From the NCBI GenBank assembly GCA_036506775.1, contig DASXRE010000287.1:1088-65087 (forward strand): 64,000 nt of DNA, written 5' to 3'. The notes below the pieces were generated by a model. It saw nothing but the letters and a program-made list of their open reading frames with translations. It was not told the origin of the DNA and searched no databases. The position numbers and the translations under genes are program-made. Origin of the DNA: Pyrinomonadaceae bacterium. Its GTDB lineage: Bacteria > Acidobacteriota > Blastocatellia > Pyrinomonadales > Pyrinomonadaceae. Below are positions 7,926-17,165 of the stretch, in pieces. Position 1 is the first letter of the stretch. Every line of letters starts with the position of its first letter.

Positions 7926-8873
7926 ATGTCAGCAACCAGCAAACAGACTCTTCGGCGCCGCTCCGTCGCGGCGAACATCTGGCTCTCCCACGATGCTCCG
8001 GACAGTAATTATCTCGCGCGATTGCCTGTTCGAGACCTCGTCTACGAGGTGTTACCAGAGGAAGAAGCCGTGGGCCGCGCGATGCTCGAGGAGATCACAA
8101 ATGGCCTCGCCACTAAAGAGGCCACGAAAGATGGATCGCTCGTGATGGTGATTGTCGGCGGCCGGGGCGGGCAGGCGTTGCACCGGATCCTCGGCGCGAT
8201 GGCCAAGACGAGCGAGTACGATTCGTTATTCAGCCGTCTTCACGTCTTTACGCAAGACGCACTCGCGCCCATGCGAATGGACAACGGCCTCAGCTTTGTG
8301 CGCGACTTCGAACGACTGCTCGGCGAAGATTTCTTTCACAAGGTTCAGAGTTTCAATACCATGCGCACTGACGCCGAAGATCTCGAAAGTGAACTCGTTC
8401 GCTACGTAGAGCGACTTGAATCGTTGGGCGGCATCGACCTCTTCTTTCTTGGTCTTGGTCCAGAAGCCGGTGGCGCTTCACATCTCGCGTACATCAAACC
8501 CGGCTCCGGCGCGACTTACAACGACGTCGCCGGGCTGATTCCGATCTCACCGTCGATTCTTGAGCACCACATCAACAAATTCAAAGCCGGCGGCACGATT
8601 GTTACTGAAACTGACGAGACTGAGTGTCGCACGGCAAAACACATTCTGACGCTTGGTCCGGCAGCGATTCTCGGCGCGCGCCGTGTCGTGCAATCGATCG
8701 TCGATGCCGATACCGCACCGGCCAAACGCGACTCGTACCGGCAGTTGTTGACGACGAAAATCGCCGGCGATGCTGAGACGCGCCAGACTCAATTCGATCA
8801 AAACCCCGGACTCTGGTTGCGAGTTCATCCGAACGTTCGCTCGTTGATTCTGCCGAACGTTTTAGAAAGCTGA
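7926..8873 (+). CDS. NagB/6-phosphogluconolactonase-superfamily protein (divergent sugar-phosphate isomerase/deaminase-like)
   Basis: VMVIVGGRGGQALHRIL aligns with the GLxTGxTP region. IDLFFLGLGPEAGGASHLAYIKPGS aligns with the iDlxlLGiGxDGHiAFNEPgs region of NagB/Pgl. Start moved to ATG 7926 because both operators lie inside the TTG-7821 extension. Confidence 0.55.
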   Translation: MSATSKQTLRRRSVAANIWLSHDAPDSNYLARLPVRDLVYEVLPEEEAVGRAMLEEITNGLATKEATKDGSLVMVIVGGRGGQALHRILGAMAKTSEYDSLFSRLHVFTQDALAPMRMDNGLSFVRDFERLLGEDFFHKVQSFNTMRTDAEDLESELVRYVERLESLGGIDLFFLGLGPEAGGASHLAYIKPGSGATYNDVAGLIPISPSILEHHINKFKAGGTIVTETDETECRTAKHILTLGPAAILGARRVVQSIVDADTAPAKRDSYRQLLTTKIAGDAETRQTQFDQNPGLWLRVHPNVRSLILPNVLES

Positions 8874-8876
8874 CAC

Positions 8877-10442
8877 ATGTCGAACGTCCAAACAGCTTCG
8901 CTACTGCATGAGTTCGCGATCGTCGTGGATCCAAAGGACAACGTCGCGGTCGTCAAGAAAGCGACTACGCCCGGTTTGGAGTTGCTGTTGCCAAACGATT
9001 CGCTGATCGAGCTCCAGGACACCGTTCCGCCGGGTCACCGCTTTGCAACGCGCGATATTCCCGCAGGCGAGTTTGTATTGCAATTTGGACAACCGATCGG
9101 AACTTCTTTGGGGATTCAGCAGGGCCAACAGATCACGCACGACAACATGTCTGACGAGGTGCCAATCGTCCGCGAGCTTCCGGAAAACCTGCACACGGCG
9201 CCGCCAGATTATTTTCCTCTCGATCAACGACCCACGTTCATGGGTTATCGCCGTCCGGACGGCCGCGTGGGTACACGCAACTACGTGCTGATCGTGCCGA
9301 CGAGCATGTGTGCAAGTCACGAGGCGTTGCAAATCTCAACCATTGCTGAGTTCACGCTTCACGACAGAGTGAAGTATCCGAACGTCGATGGCGTCGTGGC
9401 CATTCCGCATAACAAAGGTTGTGGCTGTCAGGAAGGTTCGACGATCGACGTGATGTTGCGCACGCTTTCGAACTATGCCGACCATCCGAATGTTGGTGGC
9501 GTAATTCTGATCGATCTCGGTTGCGAAAAGACGAATCTTGCGCAGGTCGAGAAGTATCTGCTGAAGCGTGAGAAAGCGTTTGCGAAGCCGGTCGCGAAGA
9601 TTGGGATTCAGGAAGTTGGCGGCACGCAGGCAGCAATTCAACGCGGGCTGAAGGAAGTGCAAGAGATGCTGCCCGTGGTTAACAGAGTCAGTCGTGAAGA
9701 GTGTTCGGTGAGTGAGTTGGTGCTCGGTGTGAAGTGTGGCGGGTCCGATGGCTTTTCCGGCATTTCCGCAAATCCGTCGCTGGGTCGCGCTGCTGATCTG
9801 CTCGTTCGTTCTGGTGGAACTGTTTTGATCACCGAAGTGCCGGAGTTCTGTGGCGCGGAACATCTGCTCGCGCGGCGCGCGAAGGACGTGGAAACCGGAC
9901 GCGCGGTTTATCGCATGGTTGATTGGTACAAGGAATATGCGTCGAAGTTTGGGGCCGTGCTCAACAACAATCCGAGTCCCGGCAACGTCACGGGCGGATT
10001 GCTCAACATCACGATCAAATCGTTGGGAGCGATTGCGAAAGCTGGCACCACGCGCGTTGAAGGCGTAATTGAATACGCGGAAACACCAAAGCATCGCGGA
10101 CTGAACCTGATGCAGGGACCGGGTTACGACCAGGAATCCACGCCGGGTTTGGTCGCGGCCGGAGCGACGGTCGTTGTCTTCACGACCGGACGCGGCACGA
10201 CGATCGGCAACGCCATCGCGCCCGTAATCAAACTGGCCTCAAACACTCCCGTGTTTGAGCGCATGTCGAGCGATCTCGATCTCTCCTCCGGCGGCGTGAT
10301 CGACGGCACTGAATCGATCGACGAAGTCGGGCAACGCGTGTTCGATCACGTCGTAGCCGTCGCGGATGGACTGCAAGCAAAAGCCGAACTGCACAAGCAC
10401 CGCGAGTTCCAATTCTGGGCCGAACAGACCGTCTCACTCTAG
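8877..10442 (+). CDS. uxaA: Altronate dehydratase (UxaA/GarD family)
   Basis: 521 aa with an N-terminal SAF domain (VVDPKDNVAVV..PGHRFA) and UxaA-family core motifs (IPHNKGCGC, KCGGSDGFSGISANP). Confidence 0.85.
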   Translation: MSNVQTASLLHEFAIVVDPKDNVAVVKKATTPGLELLLPNDSLIELQDTVPPGHRFATRDIPAGEFVLQFGQPIGTSLGIQQGQQITHDNMSDEVPIVRELPENLHTAPPDYFPLDQRPTFMGYRRPDGRVGTRNYVLIVPTSMCASHEALQISTIAEFTLHDRVKYPNVDGVVAIPHNKGCGCQEGSTIDVMLRTLSNYADHPNVGGVILIDLGCEKTNLAQVEKYLLKREKAFAKPVAKIGIQEVGGTQAAIQRGLKEVQEMLPVVNRVSREECSVSELVLGVKCGGSDGFSGISANPSLGRAADLLVRSGGTVLITEVPEFCGAEHLLARRAKDVETGRAVYRMVDWYKEYASKFGAVLNNNPSPGNVTGGLLNITIKSLGAIAKAGTTRVEGVIEYAETPKHRGLNLMQGPGYDQESTPGLVAAGATVVVFTTGRGTTIGNAIAPVIKLASNTPVFERMSSDLDLSSGGVIDGTESIDEVGQRVFDHVVAVADGLQAKAELHKHREFQFWAEQTVSL

Positions 10443-10461
10443 TTCAACCTACGTTCTAAGT

Positions 10462-10533
10462 CTTCTGTGTCTCAGTGTCTCTGTGGTTAACTTAATATGG
10501 GAGAACACTACAGAGACACTGAGACACTGAGAA
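10462..10533. repeat. Palindromic repeat, family C (TGTCTCAGTGTCTCTGTGGT / ACTACAGAGACACTGAGACA)
   Basis: A ~20-bp near-perfect stem between the uxaA stop and the esterase start. It creates the spurious MGEHYRDTETLR N-terminal extension in the ORF track. Confidence 0.85.
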
Positions 10534-11369
10534 TGCCTTGTAACCCAAACATCGACAGGCGTGAGTTCTGTCTTCTGGCCGGGAGTACGATTGTCGCAAC
10601 TGCGTTAAGCAGCAGTTGTGGTGGCATTGGCGCGTCAGCGTTTGCGCGCGAAGGCAGACTCACCGCGCGTCCGCGTGAAGGCGTACAGTCAACGGCGACT
10701 GGCCCAATCGAGCTCCATCTTGACAACGGACGCGAGGCGATTTTTTATTTGCCAAAGCGTGCCAGCCAGTCTCCCGTTCCGTTGCTGCTCATGTTGCACG
10801 GTGCGACTCAAAACGCGCAGGACATGTTCGACTATCTCGGCACGGCGCCTGAGGAAGCGGGCGTGGCAGTGCTCGCGCCAAAGTCACGCGAGACCACCTG
10901 GGACGCTATCGGCGGCAGCTTCGGCGAAGATGTCGATCTCTTGAACGCTGCACTCGAACGCGTTTTTGCAACGACCGCAATCGATCCGGCGCGCGTCGCA
11001 ATCGGCGGCTTCTCCGACGGCGCCTCGTATGCAATCTCACTCGGAATAATCAACGGCGATCTTTTTCGCAGCGTCGCCGCGTTCTCACCGGGCTTTGTCA
11101 TCAGCGGCATGCCACACGGCAAACCTCGCATCTTTATCTCGCACGGCACCCAGGACCACATACTTCCTATCGACAGTTGCGGCCGCCGCGTTGCTGCCGG
11201 CTTGATCGCTCGTGGTTACGACGTGACGTTTCGGGAGTTTGAAGGAGACCACGAAATACCGGCTGCGGTGGCGCGTGAGGGAATGATGTGGGTCGCCGGC
11301 CTGGCTCACGGATTAGAAGGCCGGCGTTCAGGCGAGGGTAATGGCAAGTTGATCGACTTGAAGATCTGA
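10533..11369 (+). CDS. Secreted alpha/beta-hydrolase (phospholipase/carboxylesterase family)
   Basis: Start at ATG 10533 (MPCNPNIDRREFCLLAGS, a Tat-like RR motif). Nucleophile elbow GGFSDGAS, ISHGTQDHILP, and the catalytic-His region GDHEIP. Confidence 0.7.
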   Translation: MPCNPNIDRREFCLLAGSTIVATALSSSCGGIGASAFAREGRLTARPREGVQSTATGPIELHLDNGREAIFYLPKRASQSPVPLLLMLHGATQNAQDMFDYLGTAPEEAGVAVLAPKSRETTWDAIGGSFGEDVDLLNAALERVFATTAIDPARVAIGGFSDGASYAISLGIINGDLFRSVAAFSPGFVISGMPHGKPRIFISHGTQDHILPIDSCGRRVAAGLIARGYDVTFREFEGDHEIPAAVAREGMMWVAGLAHGLEGRRSGEGNGKLIDLKI

Positions 11370-11776
11370 TCCGCGATCGGGAGCATTGTCGGTTCGCCAG
11401 TTTCCATTCGCATGTAAATCTGGACCTCGCCCTTCTCCCAGTTCCCTACATTCAGTTCAGCACGATAGCTGCGTTTTGAGTTGACCGTTTGCCAGTATGT
11501 GCGGATGTTTGCGCGCTGGCCGCGAATCCTTGTAGTCGACTCCTGATAATCGCTCATCCAGTCTTGCTTTCGATCTTTATAGGTGGCGGACTCCGTGTGA
11601 CCCCACACCACGATCAGTTTCGTCCCGTTTTTCTGATACTCCGCGCGCACTTCGTCTGGTCCAAGCGCAGAACTGCGAACAAATCCTTCGGGCAGACGGA
11701 AACTGAACAGACCGTTGAAGTCGACCGTCTGCCATCCGGCCGTGGAAATCACGAGAATTAGGGCCAGCGTTTTCAT
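11306..11776 (-). CDS. Hypothetical secreted protein
   Basis: ORF with a signal-like N-terminus MKTLALILVISTAGW. No recognisable motif. Its 3-prime end overlaps the convergent esterase gene by 64 nt, so the exact extent is uncertain. Confidence 0.45.
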   Translation of the reverse strand: MKTLALILVISTAGWQTVDFNGLFSFRLPEGFVRSSALGPDEVRAEYQKNGTKLIVVWGHTESATYKDRKQDWMSDYQESTTRIRGQRANIRTYWQTVNSKRSYRAELNVGNWEKGEVQIYMRMETGEPTMLPIADQIFKSINLPLPSPERRPSNP

Positions 11777-11898
11777 GCTTCGCGCCTTGTTGACCGATCG
11801 GAGTTTCAATATAATGCGCCCTCCTTCTACTCGGTCGAGGCTTCAATCACTAATTTCAACTTAACTGTCCGCGCTTCACGGAAAGGATATCAAAACAG

Positions 11899-14800
11899 AT
11901 GCGTCGCTTCATTACGGCGGTAACCCTTATCTGTATGCTCCTCATAAATGGCGTGACCTTGTTTGCGCGCAATACCAATCCGAAACAACCGAAATCACGC
12001 ACCAGAGCAATGAAAAATTCGGCGCCGCGCAAGCAGCTTGCTCGCAGCAAACGTGAGTCACGTAAGGAAGAAGCAGCGCGACAGCAGCTCGTCAAACGTA
12101 ATCCTCGCCTGGCCTCTCTCTTCAAACCAGAGGCGGAGGCAGAAGCCGATCTCGATCGCTTCGATCAGCCACGTGAAGCACTCGAATGGTACATGCAGAA
12201 GCGCTTGCCAAAAGGCGCAAAGGAGTTGCCCATCGAGCGTTACTTCCAGGCCAAAGAGAAGATCAAGAAGATGAAGCGGTTCTCCACGGCCAAAAACAAA
12301 AACCTTCCGTCCCAAGCCGAATCCGGCGATACAGAGGAACTCTTCGGCGATCCGGAGTTTCCCGGCGGCACGGGCGGTGGCGGCGCTGGCGACGGTAGCG
12401 CTTCCACGAGCGGCGCGCTCGGCACCTGGCAATCGCTTGGACCAGGTAACGTCGGCGGTCGTACTCGCGCGCTCGTTATCGATCCTGTCAGTCCTGACGT
12501 GATGTACGCGGCAGGCGTTGCAGGCGGCATCTGGAAAACGACGAATGGCGGTGGTACGTGGTCGCCACTGAATGACTTCCTCGCGAACATCGCCGTGACC
12601 GTTCTCGCGATGGACCCCACCGATTCGAACACAATCTATGCCGGCACCGGCGAAGGTTATTTCAATGGTGACGGTGTTCGCGGCGCGGGTATCTTCAAGA
12701 CGATCGACGCCGGCGCACACTGGACTCGCCTCGCGTCAACCGCATCGAATACAAACTTCTTCTTCATTAACGACCTCGTCGTCAGTCCGGCGAATAGTCA
12801 AAACGTTTACGCCGCCACTCGCACAGGTGTCTTTCGTAGTCTTGATGGCGGCACAAACTGGACGCAGGTGATCGTTTCCAACTTAGCGAACGGCGCCAAC
12901 GGTGCGATGGACCTCGTGATGCGCACCGATCAGGCGACGGACTACATTTACGCTGCGGTCGGCACGTTCTCAACTTCACACATCTTCCGTAACACCGACG
13001 CGGCGGGCGCAGGCACGTGGGTCGATGTTTACTCCGAGCCCACCATGGGCCGCACCTCGCTGGCCATCGCGTCCTCGAATCAGAACGTGATTTACGCGAT
13101 GGCGGCTTGTATTTCCTGCGGCGCGGGAACAAATCCAAACTTTCCGACCGCAAACTACACTGACGGTCTACTCGGCGTGTTCCGTTCGACCTCGTCGGGC
13201 GACGCCGGTTCGTGGACCGCGCAGGTACGCAACAACAGCGCGAACCTGCAAGACACGTTGTTGCTTAGCAATCCTGTCAACGGCGCTTTGACGCAGTGCG
13301 GTTTCGGTACCAGTCAGTTTCTCAATCAAGGTTGGTACGACAACGTGATCGCCGTCGATCCCACAGACTCAGACAAAGTGTGGATAGGCGGCGTCGATCT
13401 GTTCCGTTCAGACAATGGCGGTGTCAACTGGGCCGTTGCGTCTTACTGGTGGTTCCAGATAAATGGAACTCCGCCTAACAACGGCGATCCGCAGTTTGTC
13501 CATGCTGACAATCACGCTCTCGTCTTTCATCCAAACTACAACGGCACAACTAATCAAACGCTGTTCGCCGGCAACGACGGCGGTATCTACAAAACCGATA
13601 ACGCCAAGACAGGTAACGTGGGCTATGCCGGTGGCATAACTCCGGGTGGCGGGGCCATCACGCCATCGAGCCCGATCTGCGGTAATGAATTCACACCGGG
13701 CGGATTCTTTACAGTTCCGTCGCCGGTTATTTGGGGTCCGTTGAACAACAACTACGCCGTGACGCAGTTTTATCACGGCCTGCCTTACCCGAATGGGCAA
13801 ACATATTTCGGCGGCACGCAGGACAACGGCACCAACCGCGGTACTGACGCGGCTGGTCCAAATGCGTGGGCTCGCATCAATGGTGGCGACGGTGGCTACG
13901 TGGCCGTTAACCCCTCCAACACCAACACGATTTTCTTTGAGACGACGGGTCTTTCGCTTCGCCGATCAACCAACGGTGGTCTGAGTTCCGCCTCCGTCAT
14001 CACTGGCATCGCCGGCGATGCGTTCCCGTTCATCACGGTGTTCAGGATGGACCCAACCACACCTACCCGCTTGTGGATTGGTGGCCGCTTCATGTGGCGC
14101 ACGGACAACAACGCCACAAACTGGACCAGAACGAGCAACGCGCAGCAGACCGGCGGCTCAATCACGGCCATAGCAATCGCGCCCACAAATTCGAACATCG
14201 TGATCGACGGCGCAGCTTCAGGACAGCTCCGGCGCACGACGATTGGCCTGACTGCTAATGCGGCGAGTGTGTTGGCCACCACGTGGCTACAGACCTTCAC
14301 GCCGCGCGGCAACGGCAACGGCACGATCTCATGGGTTGAATATGATCCGACGAATGCCAATAACGTTTGGGCCACCATCTCGAACTTCAACGGCACTCCC
14401 AATGTGAACGGAACGAGTGCTGGTCACGTCTTCAAGAGCACGGACGGAGGCGCAAACTGGACGCTCGCAGACGGAACGCAGACGGCTGGAAACGTCAACG
14501 CGATACCTGACATCCCGGCGCACTCAGTCGTTGTCGATCCGAATAACAACCAGCGTATCTACGTCGGTACAGACTTGGGCGTGTTCGTTTCACTCGACGG
14601 TGGAGCAAACTGGGCGCGTGAGACAACGGGCTTCTCCAATACGGTAGTGGAGTCGCTCTCAGCAGTGAACAACGGCGGAGTGACGACGTTGTTTGCTTTC
14701 ACGCACGGTCGCGGTGCTTTCAAGGTGACTATTCCGGCGTCGTGCGCAACCGTCTCACCAACTACTCAGGCGTTTTTCTCACCCGGCAACACGGGCAACG

Positions 14801-16386
14801 TAACGGTGACGAAGAACCTGTCGGCCACAGCGCCCTGCGACTGGAACGCGGTGAGTAACAGTCCGTTCATCACGATCAATTCCGGCACGCCGGGAAATGG
14901 AAACGGCACCGTCAACTTCACCGTTGCGCCAAACACGACCGGAGCAGCTCGCGTCGGAACACTAACCGTAGCCGGCCGAAACGTGACCATCACACAGGAT
15001 GCGGCGCCAATTGCAAGCAACGACTCCGCAACCACAGATGAAGACACGCCCGTTGACATCAATGTGCTCGTTAACGACGTCGAGCCCGACGGCGACACAC
15101 TCAACATCAACTCGGTGACACAAGGTGCCAATGGAACAGTCTCGGTCAATCCGAACAAGACCATTCACTACGCGCCCGCATTGAACTTCTTTGGCAACGA
15201 CTCATTCACCTACACGATCGATGATGGACACGGCGGCATGTCGACAGCCACCGTAAACGTCACTGTTAATCCGGTGAATGACGCGCCGGTCTTTACGATC
15301 AACGTGTTGTCGCAGGCGGTGCAGTACAGCGATCCGATTACGCCGGTGACTGTTTCTGTGTCGGATGTGGACGATGCAACTTCATCCTTGACGTTGTCAG
15401 TGACGACCGCGGTGCCGGCCGGATTGACGGTCACGCCGAACGGCGTGGGGTCGTTGATCATCTCCGGCAATCCGACGGTAGTGGCCGGGGTCTATAACAT
15501 CGGACTACAAGTGGTCGATCCACACGGTGCGACGACAACCGCAACCGTCACGATCACCGTTAACAAGGAGACGGCGGAAACGACTTACACCGGCGACATG
15601 GGGATCGTAACCGCTGGTCCAACAATCACCACGGCAACCGTGCGTCTCGGGGCACACCTGACGCAGGATCCGGATGGAGCACCGGGAGACATCACGCTGG
15701 CGCGCGTGACGTTTGAGTTGTTCAAGTCAACCAACATGAGCAACACGCCCGACACGACGGTGGCAAACGTTCCGGTCGATAGCAACGGTGATGCACTGAC
15801 TTTCCTTGCTGGTGTTGCTGCCGATACCTATGTCGTGAAGGTCAAGATTGACGCGACTAACGGATACTGGACCGCAGACCCGGTGGGCCTCGGCACAATC
15901 AACGTCGCCGTAGGCACAAACGATCAGCGGGCCACTGGCGGTGGCTGGGTGCCCGATGCCGGCAGTGTTAACGGTAAGGGCAATTTCGGGTTCACCGTTC
16001 GCATCGACAAGAACAGCCTGAAAGGTAACTCGATCTACATCTTCCGTGGCACCGATGGATTCAACTACATCGTGAAGAGCACGAGTTGGACAGGTGGTTT
16101 CCTGAACTTCTCCACCGAGCCCGCCACGAGTACGCTGAACCGCGCCTCGTTCAAGGGCAAATGCACGGTGCAGAAGGTCGATCGGAATACGGGTGCGGTA
16201 GTTGACTCGTTTGGTAACTACAGCTTCACGGTTGACGTGCGTGACGGCGATCTGCTCGTCCCAACGCAAGGCGATGCATACGCCATCACGATCCTGGACA
16301 ACAACGGCGTGATCTGGCGCCGCGTCGGCACCAACCTGTCGCTGGTATCAATCGGCGGTGGCAACGTGCTGGTGAAAGCCCAGTAA
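11899..16386 (+). CDS. Large secreted BNR/Asp-box propeller protein with BACON-like and cadherin-like Ig domains
   Basis: 1495 aa with a signal-like N-terminus. Repeated Asp-boxes: TTNGGGTWSPL, SLDGGTNWTQV, SDNGGVNWAV, STDGGANWTL, SLDGGANWAR. Cadherin-like repeats: DEDTPVDINVLVNDVEPDGD, VNPVNDAPVF. Confidence 0.8.
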   Translation: MRRFITAVTLICMLLINGVTLFARNTNPKQPKSRTRAMKNSAPRKQLARSKRESRKEEAARQQLVKRNPRLASLFKPEAEAEADLDRFDQPREALEWYMQKRLPKGAKELPIERYFQAKEKIKKMKRFSTAKNKNLPSQAESGDTEELFGDPEFPGGTGGGGAGDGSASTSGALGTWQSLGPGNVGGRTRALVIDPVSPDVMYAAGVAGGIWKTTNGGGTWSPLNDFLANIAVTVLAMDPTDSNTIYAGTGEGYFNGDGVRGAGIFKTIDAGAHWTRLASTASNTNFFFINDLVVSPANSQNVYAATRTGVFRSLDGGTNWTQVIVSNLANGANGAMDLVMRTDQATDYIYAAVGTFSTSHIFRNTDAAGAGTWVDVYSEPTMGRTSLAIASSNQNVIYAMAACISCGAGTNPNFPTANYTDGLLGVFRSTSSGDAGSWTAQVRNNSANLQDTLLLSNPVNGALTQCGFGTSQFLNQGWYDNVIAVDPTDSDKVWIGGVDLFRSDNGGVNWAVASYWWFQINGTPPNNGDPQFVHADNHALVFHPNYNGTTNQTLFAGNDGGIYKTDNAKTGNVGYAGGITPGGGAITPSSPICGNEFTPGGFFTVPSPVIWGPLNNNYAVTQFYHGLPYPNGQTYFGGTQDNGTNRGTDAAGPNAWARINGGDGGYVAVNPSNTNTIFFETTGLSLRRSTNGGLSSASVITGIAGDAFPFITVFRMDPTTPTRLWIGGRFMWRTDNNATNWTRTSNAQQTGGSITAIAIAPTNSNIVIDGAASGQLRRTTIGLTANAASVLATTWLQTFTPRGNGNGTISWVEYDPTNANNVWATISNFNGTPNVNGTSAGHVFKSTDGGANWTLADGTQTAGNVNAIPDIPAHSVVVDPNNNQRIYVGTDLGVFVSLDGGANWARETTGFSNTVVESLSAVNNGGVTTLFAFTHGRGAFKVTIPASCATVSPTTQAFFSPGNTGNVTVTKNLSATAPCDWNAVSNSPFITINSGTPGNGNGTVNFTVAPNTTGAARVGTLTVAGRNVTITQDAAPIASNDSATTDEDTPVDINVLVNDVEPDGDTLNINSVTQGANGTVSVNPNKTIHYAPALNFFGNDSFTYTIDDGHGGMSTATVNVTVNPVNDAPVFTINVLSQAVQYSDPITPVTVSVSDVDDATSSLTLSVTTAVPAGLTVTPNGVGSLIISGNPTVVAGVYNIGLQVVDPHGATTTATVTITVNKETAETTYTGDMGIVTAGPTITTATVRLGAHLTQDPDGAPGDITLARVTFELFKSTNMSNTPDTTVANVPVDSNGDALTFLAGVAADTYVVKVKIDATNGYWTADPVGLGTINVAVGTNDQRATGGGWVPDAGSVNGKGNFGFTVRIDKNSLKGNSIYIFRGTDGFNYIVKSTSWTGGFLNFSTEPATSTLNRASFKGKCTVQKVDRNTGAVVDSFGNYSFTVDVRDGDLLVPTQGDAYAITILDNNGVIWRRVGTNLSLVSIGGGNVLVKAQ

Positions 16387-16415
16387 AGACCAGCGAACGC
16401 TTGTCGTTAGTGCAA

Positions 16416-16446
16416 GGGGGCAGCCTTGCGGGGCTGCCCTTCGTTA
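16416..16446. terminator. GC-rich hairpin between convergent genes (GGGCAGCC-ttgcgg-GGCTGCCC)
   Basis: 8-bp GC stem at 16418-16425 / 16432-16439, followed by TTCGTT. Lies between the 1495-aa gene stop and the ParE stop. Confidence 0.5.
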
Positions 16447-16451
16447 TCTGA

Positions 16452-16745
16452 CTACGATACGCGTGACTGCCACATCTCTGGATTGCGACGTGAGTGGAAA
16501 ATCGCCGTCACCTGAATCTCGTCGACTGTTACTTCATAGAATATAGCGAAGGGAAAACGGCGGACGATCGCACGTCGCAACGTCCTGTAGACTACCGGGA
16601 ACGAATTTGGACTGCTAACTACGAGCGCAAGCGCCTCATCAATGGACTGCATGAACTCCAGGTCCAAATTTGCGCGTTGGTGAGAATACCATTCGCGGGC
16701 CTCAGTGAGATCGGCCTCCGCTTCAGGAGAGATGCGAACAAGCAT
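16452..16745 (-). CDS. parE: Type II toxin, RelE/ParE family
   Basis: 97 aa with a family-typical layout (EAEADLTEAREWY ... FPFAIFYEV..DEIQVTAIFHSRRNP), 9 nt downstream of an antitoxin gene. Confidence 0.75.
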   Translation of the reverse strand: MLVRISPEAEADLTEAREWYSHQRANLDLEFMQSIDEALALVVSSPNSFPVVYRTLRRAIVRRFPFAIFYEVTVDEIQVTAIFHSRRNPEMWQSRVS

Positions 16746-16754
16746 GTGTTGTAT

Positions 16755-16976
16755 TTAGCGCGACTTCATGAACTCAGACTTGATCTCTTCCCAAGTGCGG
16801 CCACGGCCAGGATTCTTTCTGGCCGCTTCGAGACGGCGGTCCAGTTCCAGCTTCTGAGCGTCAGTTAGCTCAAATGCCTCATTCTCCTCGGCGATCGTGT
16901 CCCAGATGTCCTCTACCAGGCGGATTCTCTCCGGGATGCTGAGGTTCTTCGCCTCTTTGACTAACTCCATTGCCAT
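16755..16976 (-). CDS. Addiction-module antitoxin (TIGR02574-like)
   Basis: Start set at ATG 16976 (MAMELVKEAKNLSIPERIRLVEDIWDTI...). The LSxxERxxLxxxIWDSI-type motif and the C-terminal ELDRRLEA..NPG region are typical of this antitoxin family. Confidence 0.7.
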   Translation of the reverse strand: MAMELVKEAKNLSIPERIRLVEDIWDTIAEENEAFELTDAQKLELDRRLEAARKNPGRGRTWEEIKSEFMKSR

Positions 16977-17165
16977 GCGCGCGATTATAGCAAAGCAGCA
17001 CCGCTGAAAGAGAATACCATTTTTGTTGAAGGTCATCGGCGCCTAGCGGAGTGCTTCGGTCTTCTTTTGGAGGTGACCAATTGGCACCTCCCACATCTCG
17101 ATCTCACAGCTATCTGCACAATCGCTGAAAATCATTAACGAACCACCTCGTGAGATAATTAAGGC

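Noticed and set aside
9336-10094. 252-aa minus-strand ORF inside uxaA (similar cases: 37886-38791, 41409-42059, 4476-5033, 20907-21464, 15727-16269, 22676-23236, 12058-12720)
   Set aside because: The opposite strand encodes motif-rich, confidently assigned proteins. These antisense ORFs are Arg/Ser-rich with no motifs, as expected in GC-rich DNA.
10497-10532. N-terminal extension MGEHYRDTETLR of the esterase
   Set aside because: It is encoded entirely by the family C hairpin. ATG 10533 gives a Tat-like signal peptide immediately.
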